DNA of 40,870 nucleotides from a virus, in UHGV virus genome UHGV-2035542. One strand, 5' to 3'. Made by a program: the position numbers and the translations under genes. The notes beneath the pieces are model-generated. The model was not told where the DNA came from. It made no database searches and saw only the letters and a program-made list of their open reading frames with translations. Positions 17,992 through 27,443 of this stretch are shown here, piece after piece (position 1 is the stretch's first letter; every line of letters begins with the position of its first letter).

Positions 17992-18516
17992 TTATTGTTT
18001 AACCCATAATAATTCATTGACATTGAATCCCAACTTTTGAGCGGTTCGCACATAGTCTGCTTTTACTTTATCTGGAATAGTTGGGGTCCTTGCCAGAATC
18101 CATAGGTATTCTCTGTTCGGACCACTGACAAGAGCATACTTATACTCATCATCCAGTTTGATTACATTATAGCCACCATAGAAGGGGCCAAAAAACGAAA
18201 CCTTCAACGCTGCAGTTTTAGTATCTCCAGTAAAGTATGCTTTACCTTCGCTCTCGCTCCATTTATTTTTCGTTGGATCGTATCCACGGTTAAGTACACG
18301 AATCCCTCCGTCGTTCCGTTTTCCATAAGTAGCGCTGACCTGTTCCAGACCACGTTCGAACCGGTTCTCGAGGCGAGCTATTTCATACCATTTTCCGAGG
18401 TAGCGGTTGGCGTCAAAATTTGTAATCGGCTGCACACCTTTAGGTGGTGTCGGGGCCTTACATGCTATAAGAGTGAAAGAGAGTGCAATGCCAGTCAACA
18501 CAGGCCATAACTTCAT
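17992..18516 (-). CDS. bacterial lipocalin (Blc-like) outer-membrane lipoprotein
   Basis: Lipoprotein signal with LIAC lipobox; NFDANRYLGKWYEIARLENRFERG...FFGPFYGGYNVI matches Blc from memory. Confidence 0.85.
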   Translation of the reverse strand: MKLWPVLTGIALSFTLIACKAPTPPKGVQPITNFDANRYLGKWYEIARLENRFERGLEQVSATYGKRNDGGIRVLNRGYDPTKNKWSESEGKAYFTGDTKTAALKVSFFGPFYGGYNVIKLDDEYKYALVSGPNREYLWILARTPTIPDKVKADYVRTAQKLGFNVNELLWVKQ

Positions 18517-18708
18517 AATAAATCCTGTACTTTTGATAGTTGAGAGTAAGTATGAAAGATAGATGATTACGACCGATCACTTAAAGAACTTTCATACTAT
18601 ATTAGGAATAGTCCATAACAGAAAAATTGTCAGTGATGACGCCAGAAAGGCAATTTATTCCGTGCATTACACAGTTTATGTGTTAATGAATTAGTCAAGG
18701 GGGAGAAT

Positions 18709-19668
18709 ATGATAAAAAAACCTGTGATTGGAATCAGCGGTTGTTTGACCGGTTCTGCTGTTCGTTTTGATGGTGGTCACAAAAGAGCTGACTTTTTAAT
18801 GGACAAATTAGTGGAATGGGTAACATTCAGACCAGTATGTCCAGAAATGGCTATAGGGCTGCCAGTTCCGCGTCCTGCTCTACGTCTTGTGCGCTCGACG
18901 CAAGGAAATATACGGATGTGTTTTAGCCACGACCAGAATGAGGATGTGACAGAGAGAATGACAGAGTTTAGTCGTTCTTATATGAACAAATTAAAGGATG
19001 TATCGGGGTTTGTGGTTTGTGCTAAATCTCCCAGCTGTGGCATGGAGCGCGTGCGTGTCTATGATGAAAATGGTAATCGAGGTCGTAAAGATGGAGTGGG
19101 ACTATTTACGAGCACTTTGATGGAAAAGTTTTCCTGGCTACCGGTTGAAGAGGATGGGCGATTACATGATCCAGTGCTTCGTGAGAATTTTGTTGAAAGA
19201 GTTTTTGCTTTGCATGAGCTCAATCATCTTTACAAGGAGAAATTATCAAGAAGAGAGTTATTAGCTTTTCATAGTCGTTATAAGCTTCAGTTATTGGCGC
19301 ATAGTCAGGCAGGCTATAAAGATATGGGACCATTTGTGGCTGCAATACACGAGTGGGCGGACCTTGAATCATACTTTGAGGTGTATCGTGATAAGCTGAT
19401 GGCGATTCTCAGAAAACCTGCATCACGTAAAAATCACACGAATGTGCTGATGCATATACAGGGGTATTTTAGTAACTACTTAAGTACACGCCAGCGTAAA
19501 GAGTTGAGCGAGGTTATACTTAACTATCGTTCTGGCACATTACCTCTTCTTGCGCCGTTGACTCTGCTGAAGCATTATCTGGGTGAGTATCCTAATGATT
19601 ACTTGCTTACACAGAATTACTTCGATCCCTATCCGGACGAACTGGCTCTAAGACTGATGGTAAATTAA
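18709..19668 (+). CDS. DUF523 (TudS-like thiouracil desulfidase fold)/DUF1722 fusion protein
   Basis: Conserved Cys pattern GISGCLTG, CPEMAIGLPVPRP, SPSCG consistent with a [4Fe-4S] DUF523 domain; C-terminal helical DUF1722-like region. Confidence 0.65.
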   Translation: MIKKPVIGISGCLTGSAVRFDGGHKRADFLMDKLVEWVTFRPVCPEMAIGLPVPRPALRLVRSTQGNIRMCFSHDQNEDVTERMTEFSRSYMNKLKDVSGFVVCAKSPSCGMERVRVYDENGNRGRKDGVGLFTSTLMEKFSWLPVEEDGRLHDPVLRENFVERVFALHELNHLYKEKLSRRELLAFHSRYKLQLLAHSQAGYKDMGPFVAAIHEWADLESYFEVYRDKLMAILRKPASRKNHTNVLMHIQGYFSNYLSTRQRKELSEVILNYRSGTLPLLAPLTLLKHYLGEYPNDYLLTQNYFDPYPDELALRLMVN

Positions 19669-20008
19669 TTGTATGCGATATCATCCAAAAGGATGAGTTC
19701 CTGCATGCAGGATATTTACAATCGTAAAAACTACACTATGATACCCAGAGTGTCAGTTTGTATAAAAACTCTGTTTACGCTGAAGAAACCATTGAGATGC
19801 AACTTAAAGTTGGTAAACATGCCAGTCAAAATATAATATTATGATTCCACGCAGCTATATATAATATAACAGATTGGTTTAATAATTTGTCTTTGTGAGT
19901 TAAATACATAATTTTATACTTGTGATGCAATGAGATTTTCCTTATTGTTGAACTGGCGAATATTGATTTTCCACCTATACTTACCTGGTGTAACCTCAAT
20001 GATATCAG

Positions 20009-20764
20009 GTGGATAATATGCCATACATATGTTCTATCATTTTGGTGTTGAACTCGTTTGATGCCCGAATTGGTAAAGAAGATATTTTGTTTAAAAAAGG
20101 AAGTGCTGTTCTCATTGATTACAATTTAAAAGATTTTTTTTCATCAAATATAGATCATGTAATGATCGTAGATGTTGAAGAGAAAACAGTTAATGATTTC
20201 TTTAAAAGCAACACACTCTCACCTTTTTCTGTAAGAAGGTTTTATCCGGCATACTTGATGGTGGAATGTGAAGATTTTTCATTGTTAAAGAACTTGATTG
20301 CATGCTTGAATTGTGATGGCAGAACTGTGGATTTTGTTAGAAATCAAATATCACTTGCATGTCTTGCTATCTTATCTTCAGAGAAAATAGTGCAAAGTTT
20401 TTTATTTGGATGTCTTAATAGTTTAGGAAGTAAAGTTAAGGCTATTATTCACACGGATATATCTGCAGCATGGAGACTTTGTGATATATCTTCAAGACTG
20501 TATCTGAGTGAAAGTCTGTTAAAAAGAAAATTAAAGCACGAAGGCTTATCATTTAGTAAGTTAATTCTTGAAGAGCGAATGGTGATGGCGGAAAGGTTAT
20601 TAAGCTACAATTTATATTCTGTTGGAAAAGTTGCTGAGATATGCGGTTATGAAAATACGTCATATTTTGTAAGTGTTTTCAGAAGATATTTTGGTGTTCC
20701 TCCCCATCAATATTCATCAAGATTTTTTTTAGAAAAAGACATGATGTCACGTGATACGTTTTAA
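20009..20764 (+). CDS. AraC-family transcriptional regulator
   Basis: C-terminal double-HTH typical of AraC/XylS (LLKRKLKHEGLSFSKLILEERMVMAERLL...VAEICGYENTSYFVSVFRRYFGVPP); very AT-rich. Confidence 0.75.
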   Translation: MDNMPYICSIILVLNSFDARIGKEDILFKKGSAVLIDYNLKDFFSSNIDHVMIVDVEEKTVNDFFKSNTLSPFSVRRFYPAYLMVECEDFSLLKNLIACLNCDGRTVDFVRNQISLACLAILSSEKIVQSFLFGCLNSLGSKVKAIIHTDISAAWRLCDISSRLYLSESLLKRKLKHEGLSFSKLILEERMVMAERLLSYNLYSVGKVAEICGYENTSYFVSVFRRYFGVPPHQYSSRFFLEKDMMSRDTF

Positions 20765-20810
20765 TGATTTTGTAATTTTCGTATTTGATAATTGTATGAT
20801 GCTTTCAGCT

Positions 20811-20842
20811 ACGCCAGAATAATCGCTGGCGTTTTTCTTTTT
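20811..20842 (+). terminator. intrinsic terminator after the AraC-like gene
   Basis: ACGCCAG-loop-CTGGCGT hairpin followed by TTTTTCTTTTT. Confidence 0.5.
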
Positions 20843-20937
20843 GAATAGATGTTCAAGCCTTACGCTAATGTAACTTCTATACCTTTCCTCTTCGTTCCGA
20901 ACCGTGTACACCATCCGTTATTTGCGGAGGTGAGGCT

Positions 20938-21153
20938 ATGAAATCCATGGATAAGTTAACAACGGGCATTGCCTACGGCACCTCCGCAGGCAGTGCTGGC
21001 TACTGGTTTTTACAGCTGCTCGATAAAGTCACGCCCTCACAGTGGGCAGCAATAGGTGTGCTGGGTAGCTTGGTATTTGGCCTGCTGACGTACCTGACAA
21101 ACCTTTATTTCAAGATTAAAGAAGATAAGCGCAAGGCTGCGAGAGGTGAATAA
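20938..21153 (+). CDS. S: class II holin (S21-type pinholin) with dual-start motif MKSM
   Basis: [24 protein letters not shown]...[24 protein letters not shown]; two TMDs; the dual Met start is typical of holin/antiholin pairs. Confidence 0.85.
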   Translation: MKSMDKLTTGIAYGTSAGSAGYWFLQLLDKVTPSQWAAIGVLGSLVFGLLTYLTNLYFKIKEDKRKAARGE

Positions 21154-21650
21154 TGCCTCCATCATTACGAAAAGCTGTTGCTGCTGCTATTGGTGGCGGG
21201 GCTATTGCTATAGCATCTGTGTTAATCACTGGCCCAAGTGGTAACGATGGTCTGGAAGGTGTGAGACATAATCCTTACAAAGACATAGTTGGTGTATGGA
21301 CTGTATGTTACGGACACACCGGAAAAGACATTATGCTCGGTAAAACGTATACCGAAGCAGAATGCAAAGCCCTCCTGAATAAAGACCTTGCCACTGTCGC
21401 CAGACAAATTAACCCGTACATCAAAGTCGATATACCGGAAACAACGCGCGGCGCTCTTTACTCGTTCGTCTACAACGTGGGTGCTGGCAATTTCAGAACA
21501 TCGACGCTTCTTCGCAAAATAAACCAGAGTGATATCAAAGGCGCATGTGATCAGCTACGGCGCTGGACATACGCTGGCGGTAAGCAATGGAAAGGTCTCA
21601 TGACTCGTCGTGAGATTGAGCGTGAAATCTGTTTGTGGGGTCAGCAATGA
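21153..21650 (+). CDS. R: SAR endolysin (lysozyme with N-terminal signal-anchor-release domain)
   Basis: Gly/Ala-rich N-terminal hydrophobic SAR segment ([18 protein letters not shown]) followed by a lysozyme-like catalytic region; overlaps the holin stop. Confidence 0.85.
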   Translation: MPPSLRKAVAAAIGGGAIAIASVLITGPSGNDGLEGVRHNPYKDIVGVWTVCYGHTGKDIMLGKTYTEAECKALLNKDLATVARQINPYIKVDIPETTRGALYSFVYNVGAGNFRTSTLLRKINQSDIKGACDQLRRWTYAGGKQWKGLMTRREIEREICLWGQQ

Positions 21651-22105
21651 ACAGAGTAACCGCGATTATCTCCGCTCTGGTTATCTGCATCATCGTCTGC
21701 CTGTCATGGGCTGTTAATCATTACCGTGATAACGCAATCGCCTACAAAGAGCAGCGCGATAACAAGGCCAGTGAACTGGAGAAGGCGAACGCCACCATCG
21801 CTGACATGCGGAAGCGTCAACGTGATGTAGCAGAACTCGACGCAAGATACACAAAGGAGCTTGCTGATGCTAACGCGACTATCGAAAGTCTCCGTGCTGA
21901 TGTTTCTGCTGGGCGTAAGCGCCTGCAAGTCGCCGCCACCTGTGCAAAGTCAACGACCGGAGCCAGCGGCATGGGCGATGGAGAAAGCCCAGGACTTACA
22001 GCAGATGCTGAACTCAATTATTACCGTCTCCGAAGTGGAATCGACAGGATAACCGCGCAGGTTAACTACCTGCAGGAGTACATCAGGACGCAATGTCTGA
22101 AATAA
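21647..22105 (+). CDS. Rz: Rz i-spanin
   Basis: N-terminal TMD then coiled coil; ATGA overlap with the endolysin stop. Confidence 0.8.
   Translation: MNRVTAIISALVICIIVCLSWAVNHYRDNAIAYKEQRDNKASELEKANATIADMRKRQRDVAELDARYTKELADANATIESLRADVSAGRKRLQVAATCAKSTTGASGMGDGESPGLTADAELNYYRLRSGIDRITAQVNYLQEYIRTQCLK
21861..22052 (+). CDS. Rz1: Rz1 o-spanin lipoprotein embedded in Rz in the +1 frame
   Basis: Signal peptide with lipobox (LLGVSAC) followed by a Pro-rich mature peptide, entirely inside Rz. Confidence 0.65.
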   Translation: MLMLTRLSKVSVLMFLLGVSACKSPPPVQSQRPEPAAWAMEKAQDLQQMLNSIITVSEVESTG

Positions 22106-22137
22106 TTTTTTTGCAAATCACAAAGTCCATTTAATGA

Positions 22138-22160
22138 GCCTCGCGATGCGGGGCTTTTTT
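22138..22160 (+). terminator. intrinsic terminator after the lysis cassette (first of two)
   Basis: GCCTCGC-GAT-GCGGGGC hairpin followed by TTTTTT. Confidence 0.5.
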
Positions 22161-22167
22161 GCAATAA

Positions 22168-22194
22168 ATGCGTACCGCAACGCATGTTTTTTTT
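22168..22194 (+). terminator. intrinsic terminator (second of tandem pair)
   Basis: ATGCGT-ACCGCA-ACGCAT hairpin followed by T8. Confidence 0.55.
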
Positions 22195-22309
22195 ACACCG
22201 AACCTGCCCCTTTGGAATGGGCCTTTGAGGATACCAGTTAGTGCTGGCGAGCCTCGGTGGGCTGGTTTCCTGTGCGGCAAAGGTTCATTTCAAATGGTAG
22301 GTAAACGTT

Positions 22310-22831
22310 ATGAATATCGTGCCACTTAATTACAAAGGTGAAATTGTCAGTTTCAACACTGATGGTTGGATCAACGTCACAGGTGTTGCTGAGAGATTTG
22401 GGAAACGCATTGATAACTGGATGCGTTTGGCAGAAACGCTTGAATACGTTCGTGCTTTAGACGAAGCGTTGACCGGGAAAGAATCTCAAATTTTACATCC
22501 CTCACAATCGAGGTATGTAAAAACCAGCAAGGCACGAAAGGACAGGGGTGGTGGTACGTGGCTACATCCAAAACTTTCAGTTGCATTTGCCCGTTGGTGT
22601 GATGCTCGTTTTGCTGTGTGGTGCGACCTGCACATTGATAGTCTGCTTCGCGGTGAACTGACTGAGCAGCAGAAATATGAGCAAGCATGTCGCATTCGCG
22701 ATGACCGGAAATCAAAAGCCAGCAATGGGGCAAGAGAGATGGCTCGCTGGCGATGGGATAAGCCGGTTATTGAAGCAAATGTTGAGTACTGGCGCGAGCA
22801 ACTGCAGTTGACTCTCGATATCGCGTGCTGA
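22310..22831 (+). CDS. KilA-N domain protein
   Basis: WLHPKLSVAFARWCD-type KilA-N/APSES signature. Confidence 0.65.
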   Translation: MNIVPLNYKGEIVSFNTDGWINVTGVAERFGKRIDNWMRLAETLEYVRALDEALTGKESQILHPSQSRYVKTSKARKDRGGGTWLHPKLSVAFARWCDARFAVWCDLHIDSLLRGELTEQQKYEQACRIRDDRKSKASNGAREMARWRWDKPVIEANVEYWREQLQLTLDIAC

Positions 22832-22993
22832 TGGCAAACGCAAAACTGCGTTATCGAAAAAATCAAAGCATTACTAGAACTGAGCAACGGCTATCCATTA
22901 CAAAGCCCATCTACGGGTGGGCTTGATAATGGCTTATACCCTGCACGGGATAACTTAACTGATATCCCTTTTAACGGATAAACGGAGCCAACA

Positions 22994-23236
22994 ATGGCAG
23001 AGATTATTCCCATGACTGAAGAACAGAAATTCCAGTTAGAGATTTACAAACTGGTCATGAACCAGAACGCAGCTGCAGAGGAAGCATTTCAGTTCATTGG
23101 CACTGACGAACTGAAGCTTGAGCTATTCAAAATTCACTTCCAGTCAGGCGGCGCTAATTCAGATATCACGACCCGCACTATCGAAGCGGTGCGTAAATCG
23201 AAGGAAGCGTTAGACCTGTTCACTACCGGAGCGTAA
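22994..23236 (+). CDS. hypothetical small protein
   Basis: 80-aa ORF upstream of the terminase genes. Confidence 0.4.
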   Translation: MAEIIPMTEEQKFQLEIYKLVMNQNAAAEEAFQFIGTDELKLELFKIHFQSGGANSDITTRTIEAVRKSKEALDLFTTGA

Positions 23237-23315
23237 ACATGGCAACTCAAGGTTTCGACAACCCATCCAAATTCCGCGATGAATGGGATAAGCAAGCAGA
23301 AGGGAAATAATCAAT

Positions 23316-23741
23316 ATGGCGACTGAGAAAAAGAAAGGTGGTCGCCCCTCTGATTATATGCCGGAGGTGGCTAATGACATTTGCGCATTGCTTTCCTCCG
23401 GTGAGAGTCTGCGCAAAGTTTGCGAACGCCCAGGAATGCCGAGCAAAACATCAGTTTTTCGCTGGCTGGCTGAACATCAGGAGTTTCGTGACCAGTACGC
23501 GAAGGCAACAGAGACTCGGGCCGACTCTATTTTCGAAGAGATATTCGAAATTGCTGACGACGTAATCCCTGATGCCGCCGAGGTGGCAAAGGCAAGACTT
23601 CGCGTTGATACCCGCAAATGGGCGCTGGCCAGAATGAATCCCCGTAAGTATGGCGACAAGGTAACTAATGAGCTTGTCGGCAAAGACGGAGGCGCAATCC
23701 AGATTGAAACATCACCGATGAGCACTCTGTTCGGAAAATGA
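23316..23741 (+). CDS. terminase small subunit (Sf6-like)
   Basis: MATEKKKGGRPSDYMPEVANDICALLSSGESLRKVCERPGMP...; overlaps the terminase large subunit start. Confidence 0.8.
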   Translation: MATEKKKGGRPSDYMPEVANDICALLSSGESLRKVCERPGMPSKTSVFRWLAEHQEFRDQYAKATETRADSIFEEIFEIADDVIPDAAEVAKARLRVDTRKWALARMNPRKYGDKVTNELVGKDGGAIQIETSPMSTLFGK

Positions 23742-25153
23742 CCTCGATTAATCCTATCTTTGAACCGTTCATTGAGGCGCATCGCTACAAAGTCGCCAAA
23801 GGCGGTCGAGGTAGCGGCAAATCATGGGCAATTGCGAGGCTGCTTGTTGAAGCGGCGCGTCGGCAGCCAGTGCGTATTCTCTGCGCTCGCGAACTGCAAA
23901 ACAGTATCAGCGATTCGGTAATCCGGCTGCTTGAAGACACCATAGAGCGTGAAGGGTATACGGCTGAGTTTGAAATTCAGCGTTCCATGATTCGTCATCT
24001 CGGAACGAATGCTGAGTTCATGTTCTACGGCATCAAAAACAACCCGACGAAGATTAAATCGCTCGAAGGCATTGATATCTGCTGGGTGGAAGAAGCGGAA
24101 GCGGTAACAAAGGAATCGTGGGATATCCTGATGCCAACCATCCGCAAGCCGTTTTCCGAAATATGGGTGAGCTTTAACCCGAAGAACATACTCGACGATA
24201 CCTATCAGCGATTCGTTGTAAATCCTCCCGATGATATTTGCCTGCTGACGGTGAACTACACCGACAACCCGCACTTTCCTGAAGTTCTCCGTCTGGAGAT
24301 GGAAGAGTGCAAACGCAGAAACCCGACACTGTATCGTCACATCTGGCTTGGTGAGCCAGTAAGCGCAAGTGATATGGCAATCATCAAACGTGAATGGCTT
24401 GAAGCCGCAACCGATGCGCACAAGAAACTCGGATGGAAAGCGAAAGGCGCTGTTGTCTCTGCGCATGACCCATCAGACACAGGGCCAGATGCTAAAGGTT
24501 ACGCATCGCGTCACGGTTCGGTAGTTAAGCGCATTGCCGAAGGCCTGCTGATGGACATCAACGAGGGCGCTGACTGGGCTACTTCTCTGGCGATTGAAGA
24601 CGGCGCTGACCACTACTTGTGGGATGGTGATGGTGTTGGTGCAGGTCTACGCAGACAGACAACGGAAGCGTTCTCCGGTAAGAAAATCACCGCCACGATG
24701 TTCAAGGGCAGCGAATCGCCATTCGATGAGGATGCGCCTTATCAGGCCGGAGCATGGGCTGATGAAGTCGTGCAGGGCGACAACGTTCGCACTATTGGCG
24801 ATGTATTCCGCAATAAGCGAGCGCAATTCTATTACGCGCTGGCTGACAGGCTGTATCTGACATATCGGGCGGTTGTTCACGGTGAGTATGCAGACCCCGA
24901 CGACATGCTGAGTTTCGACAAAGAAGCAATAGGCGAGAAGATGCTGGAGAAGCTGTTTGCAGAACTTACGCAGATTCAGCGCAAATTCAATAACAACGGG
25001 AAGCTGGAGCTTATGACTAAGGTAGAAATGAAGCAAAAGCTCGGGATCCCATCTCCTAACCTGGCTGATGCGTTGATGATGTGTATGCATTGCCCGGAGT
25101 CGGCTGCGCAACCCGACTATTCCAGTTACTCAATTCCTTGTGGTGTAGGTTGA
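23738..25153 (+). CDS. terminase large subunit
   Basis: Walker A (KVAKGGRGSGKSWA), ATPase plus nuclease domain layout; 471 aa. Confidence 0.9.
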   Translation: MTSINPIFEPFIEAHRYKVAKGGRGSGKSWAIARLLVEAARRQPVRILCARELQNSISDSVIRLLEDTIEREGYTAEFEIQRSMIRHLGTNAEFMFYGIKNNPTKIKSLEGIDICWVEEAEAVTKESWDILMPTIRKPFSEIWVSFNPKNILDDTYQRFVVNPPDDICLLTVNYTDNPHFPEVLRLEMEECKRRNPTLYRHIWLGEPVSASDMAIIKREWLEAATDAHKKLGWKAKGAVVSAHDPSDTGPDAKGYASRHGSVVKRIAEGLLMDINEGADWATSLAIEDGADHYLWDGDGVGAGLRRQTTEAFSGKKITATMFKGSESPFDEDAPYQAGAWADEVVQGDNVRTIGDVFRNKRAQFYYALADRLYLTYRAVVHGEYADPDDMLSFDKEAIGEKMLEKLFAELTQIQRKFNNNGKLELMTKVEMKQKLGIPSPNLADALMMCMHCPESAAQPDYSSYSIPCGVG

Positions 25154-25154
25154 T

Positions 25155-27353
25155 ATGGCAGAAAAAAAGATGACTGACTGGCATCGCAAGGTGCTGTGCA
25201 ACTTTGATAATGCCTGGTCAGCAACGCAGGATATGCGTGAGCAGATTATTGAGGCTCAACGTTTCGTCAGGGTGTCCGGCGCACAGTGGGAAGGCAGCAC
25301 AAACGCTGGTTACTCATTTGATGAAGGCAGGTTTGAGCATTATCCGCGTTTTGAACTGAATAAGATTGCCCGTGAATGTGATCGCATCATTGGCGAGTAT
25401 CGACAGAATCGCATCAGCGTTAAATTCAGACCGAAGGACGATAAGGCATCGGAAGCGTTAGCCGAAAAGATGAACGGAAAATTCCGCGCTGACTATCAGG
25501 AAACATCCGGTGGCGAAGCGTGTGATAACGCATTTGATGATGCCGTAACGGGTGGATTTGGTTGTTTCCGCATGTGTGCCGATTACGAAGATGAAATGGA
25601 TCCTAGTAATGAGCAGAGGCGCATCAGCCTTCTTCCTGTTTACGACCCGGCGACATGCGTCTTCTTCGATCAGGACAGCAAGCAATATGACCGCTCTGAT
25701 GCTATGTGGGCTATGGAAATGTTCTCCATGACGCCTAAAGCGTTCGAGGCTGAATACCCTGATTCCATTGCGGCAAGCCTTTCTCGGGATGACACTGGTA
25801 CTCAGTATGACTGGTCAACGCCCGATGCCATCTATGTTGGACGCTACTACGAAGTTCGCATAGAGAAGGTGAAGCTCACGGCGTGGCGCAACCCTGTTAG
25901 CGGAGAAACGGCAATCTATGATGAAGAGCAAATCAAAGATATTGTCGACGAGCTGACCGATGGTGCATTCGAACTGATTGGCGAGCGAACGGTGAAGAAG
26001 CGCCGCGTTTATTGCGGTCTTCTGTCTGGCGCTGAATGGCTGGAAGAACCGAAGCGTATTCCGGGCGAACATATTCCTCTCATCCCGGTATATGGGCGTC
26101 GCTCATTTGTTGATAATCAGGAGCGAATAGAAGGCCACGCAGCAAAAGCGATGGATGCACAGCGTCTTGAGAACCTGATGGTTTCTATGATTGCAGATAA
26201 CGCTACTCAGGCTGGCGGTGATGGCATTCCTATCGTGGATGTTGATTTCATTCCCGGCCCATTAATGAATCACTGGGCAGAGAGGAATAAGAAAAGACCT
26301 GCAGTTCTTCCCATGACCAGCAAGAAGGACAAAAACGGAACGGTCATTTCAGAGGCTCAGGTTGCTGGCTGGACACCTCCGACACAAATGCCTCCTGCTC
26401 TTGCCGGGCTATTGCAGTACACCGGAACGGCTATTCAGCAAATTACAGGTGCGTCGCAGCTTGAGAACATGCCGAGCAACGTCGCTACCGATACCGTTGA
26501 TAGCATCTTTAACCGGATGGACACGCAGTCCTATATCTACATGGACAACATGGCTAAATCCATGCGTCGCGCTGGCGTTGTGTGGCTTTCTATGGCGCGT
26601 GAGGTCTATGGCAGTGATACGCCGATGCGTATCGTTAATGAGGACGGCAGCGATGACGTGGCGCTGATGACTGGTGAAGTGGTTGACCGTCAGACAGGGC
26701 AGGTTATCGCGCTTAATGACCTTTCGCAGGGTAACTATGAAGTGACTGTCGATGTTGGCCAGTCGTTCGCTACTCGCCGTGATGCAACGGTTAAGTCGTT
26801 ACTTTCCATGCTGGCACTTATCCCACCAGGAACTCCGAAGCACGACCTTGTATCGTCGATGATTCTCGACAATATGGACGGCGAAGGGATGGACGACCTG
26901 AAAGAATACAACCGCAATCAGTTGCTTCTGTCTGGCGTTATCAAGCCGAGAACGCCTGAAGAGCAGCAGATGGTTGAACAGGCGAAACAACAACAGGCCA
27001 GTCAGCCAGATCCGGCTATGGTTGCAGCGCAAGGTCAGCTTCTTGCTGGTCAGGCTGAATTGCAGAAAGCGCAGAACGAACAGGCAGCCATTCAGGTTAA
27101 AGCATTCCAGGCACAAACTGATGCTCAGGTTGCAGCGGCAAATGTTGTGAAAATACTCGCATCTGCCGATAGCCAGCAGAAATCTGATATCCGCGAGGCT
27201 CTGAAACTGCTCGGACAGTTCCAGCAACAGCAAGGAGACAATGCCCGTGCTGATGCAGAGCTTGTCCTGAAAAGTCAGGCACAGGGCCATGCGCAGCGCA
27301 TGGACATCAGCAGCATCCTGCAAAAATCAACCCGGCAACAACCACAGCAGTAA
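25155..27353 (+). CDS. portal protein (P22-like, with Gln/Ala-rich C-terminal helical barrel)
   Basis: 732 aa; C-terminal Q/A-rich coiled region as in P22-family portals. Confidence 0.9.
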   Translation: MAEKKMTDWHRKVLCNFDNAWSATQDMREQIIEAQRFVRVSGAQWEGSTNAGYSFDEGRFEHYPRFELNKIARECDRIIGEYRQNRISVKFRPKDDKASEALAEKMNGKFRADYQETSGGEACDNAFDDAVTGGFGCFRMCADYEDEMDPSNEQRRISLLPVYDPATCVFFDQDSKQYDRSDAMWAMEMFSMTPKAFEAEYPDSIAASLSRDDTGTQYDWSTPDAIYVGRYYEVRIEKVKLTAWRNPVSGETAIYDEEQIKDIVDELTDGAFELIGERTVKKRRVYCGLLSGAEWLEEPKRIPGEHIPLIPVYGRRSFVDNQERIEGHAAKAMDAQRLENLMVSMIADNATQAGGDGIPIVDVDFIPGPLMNHWAERNKKRPAVLPMTSKKDKNGTVISEAQVAGWTPPTQMPPALAGLLQYTGTAIQQITGASQLENMPSNVATDTVDSIFNRMDTQSYIYMDNMAKSMRRAGVVWLSMAREVYGSDTPMRIVNEDGSDDVALMTGEVVDRQTGQVIALNDLSQGNYEVTVDVGQSFATRRDATVKSLLSMLALIPPGTPKHDLVSSMILDNMDGEGMDDLKEYNRNQLLLSGVIKPRTPEEQQMVEQAKQQQASQPDPAMVAAQGQLLAGQAELQKAQNEQAAIQVKAFQAQTDAQVAAANVVKILASADSQQKSDIREALKLLGQFQQQQGDNARADAELVLKSQAQGHAQRMDISSILQKSTRQQPQQ

Positions 27354-27443
27354 TTAACCCATAACGTGCAATGGCTGTCTTTATGAGGCCTGGCACCCTA
27401 TTGCCTTCCGATGGGCTGAACATCGAGTAAACAGGGGTAACAA

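Noticed and set aside
17838-20937. Shiga toxin or another toxin in the Q-to-lysis cargo slot
   Set aside because: The ORFs present are a lipocalin, a DUF523/DUF1722 protein and an AraC regulator; no AB5 toxin-like A/B subunit pair and no tRNA genes were seen.
23822-25111. Minus-strand ORFs (214 aa and 154 aa) inside the terminase large subunit
   Set aside because: Antisense to a well-supported terminase gene with Walker A motif; no RBS or family signal.
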